Assembly (NCBI GenBank): GCA_049967475.1 | Contig: JBMFSQ010000027.1 | Span: 29,684 to 46,807 of the forward strand | Origin: Chthonomonadales bacterium | GTDB lineage: Bacteria > Armatimonadota > Chthonomonadetes > Chthonomonadales > CAJBBX01 | DNA length: 17,124 nucleotides | Direction: 5' to 3' | Shown: positions 16,651 through 17,124 of the stretch, one piece after another | Numbering within the stretch: the stretch's first letter is position 1 | Layout: the number at the start of each line of letters is the position of its first letter | Program-made: the position numbers and the translations under genes | Notes under the pieces: generated by a model | Told to the model about the DNA's origin: nothing | Seen by the model: the letters and a program-made list of their open reading frames with translations, nothing else | The model's database searches: none

Positions 16651-17124
16651 CCGTGCATCTGCCCGCGGGGTTCGGACACTCGTTTCGGTTCCGCGGGAGA
16701 CCTCCATGTGAGCGAAGGATCCTGACATTTGGCCGGGTGCGTTCTTGGCACCACGCGTGGGCGCCGCGTTGACACATTGATCCTGCGGAGTTGCCAGGCG
16801 ACCCGGCCGATCCTGTTCGATACACCTCGATGCCGAGGACCGCCTTCCCTTGCACATTGGACGACGAATTGTTGCATCCCCTTCGGCTGGAGGGAGCCGC
16901 TGCAGTACCGCTTCAAGGTTCATTCCTCGCCTTGCCGGCTGGCCGCCCGCGCAATCGTTAACTTCGCGACGGACCTTCCGCGAGGCACTATCGCACTGCT
17001 CTTCCGCCTGCGCGGCCTTTTGGCCTGGCCCCGGGCTTTGAAAAGTGTAGGCCGGCGTGGTCGGCGCGCCTGTGGGCGGATGCCTGCCAAAATGGTGCCG
17101 CCCTCCATCTCCTCCCTGCAGCCT

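Noticed and set aside
16800..16923. Minus-strand MNLEAVLQ... as a HicB-like antitoxin remnant
   Set aside because: The resemblance is limited to a few residues and is not supportable without a search.

Overview
Bacterial chromosomal window, probably Armatimonadota (inferred from the style of the prepilin/DUF1559 gene and the PQQ-repeat protein). From about 3.1 kb to 16.7 kb it carries resident genes: a PQQ-repeat beta-propeller protein, dprA, a CHAP amidase, Mn-type SOD, a prepilin/DUF1559 protein, a tandem-HMA metal-binding protein, an HEXXH protein, a DUF58/SpoIIM-like/RDD block, an ApgM-type phosphoglycerate mutase and a GH4 alpha-galactosidase. The first ~3.1 kb is an accessory, defence-like region with an OLD-like ABC-ATPase/TOPRIM gene and a DUF4258/DUF2283 pair. 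The best finding is that each of these two cargo modules appears sandwiched between decayed remnants: the 3' end of a type III-like DNA methyltransferase (mod) upstream and the 5' end of a type III-like restriction subunit (res) downstream. This gives a tandem array [mod'-OLD-res'][mod'-DUF4258/DUF2283-res']. The two res' remnants share a 154-bp perfectly identical core inside ~80%-identical or weaker flanks. The remnant assignments rest on my recall of family consensus sequences and need a homology search. Other observations: two promoters sharing a motif, a possible Tat/alternative start on SOD, a coupled uORF, and back-to-back promoters with a probable leaderless mRNA.
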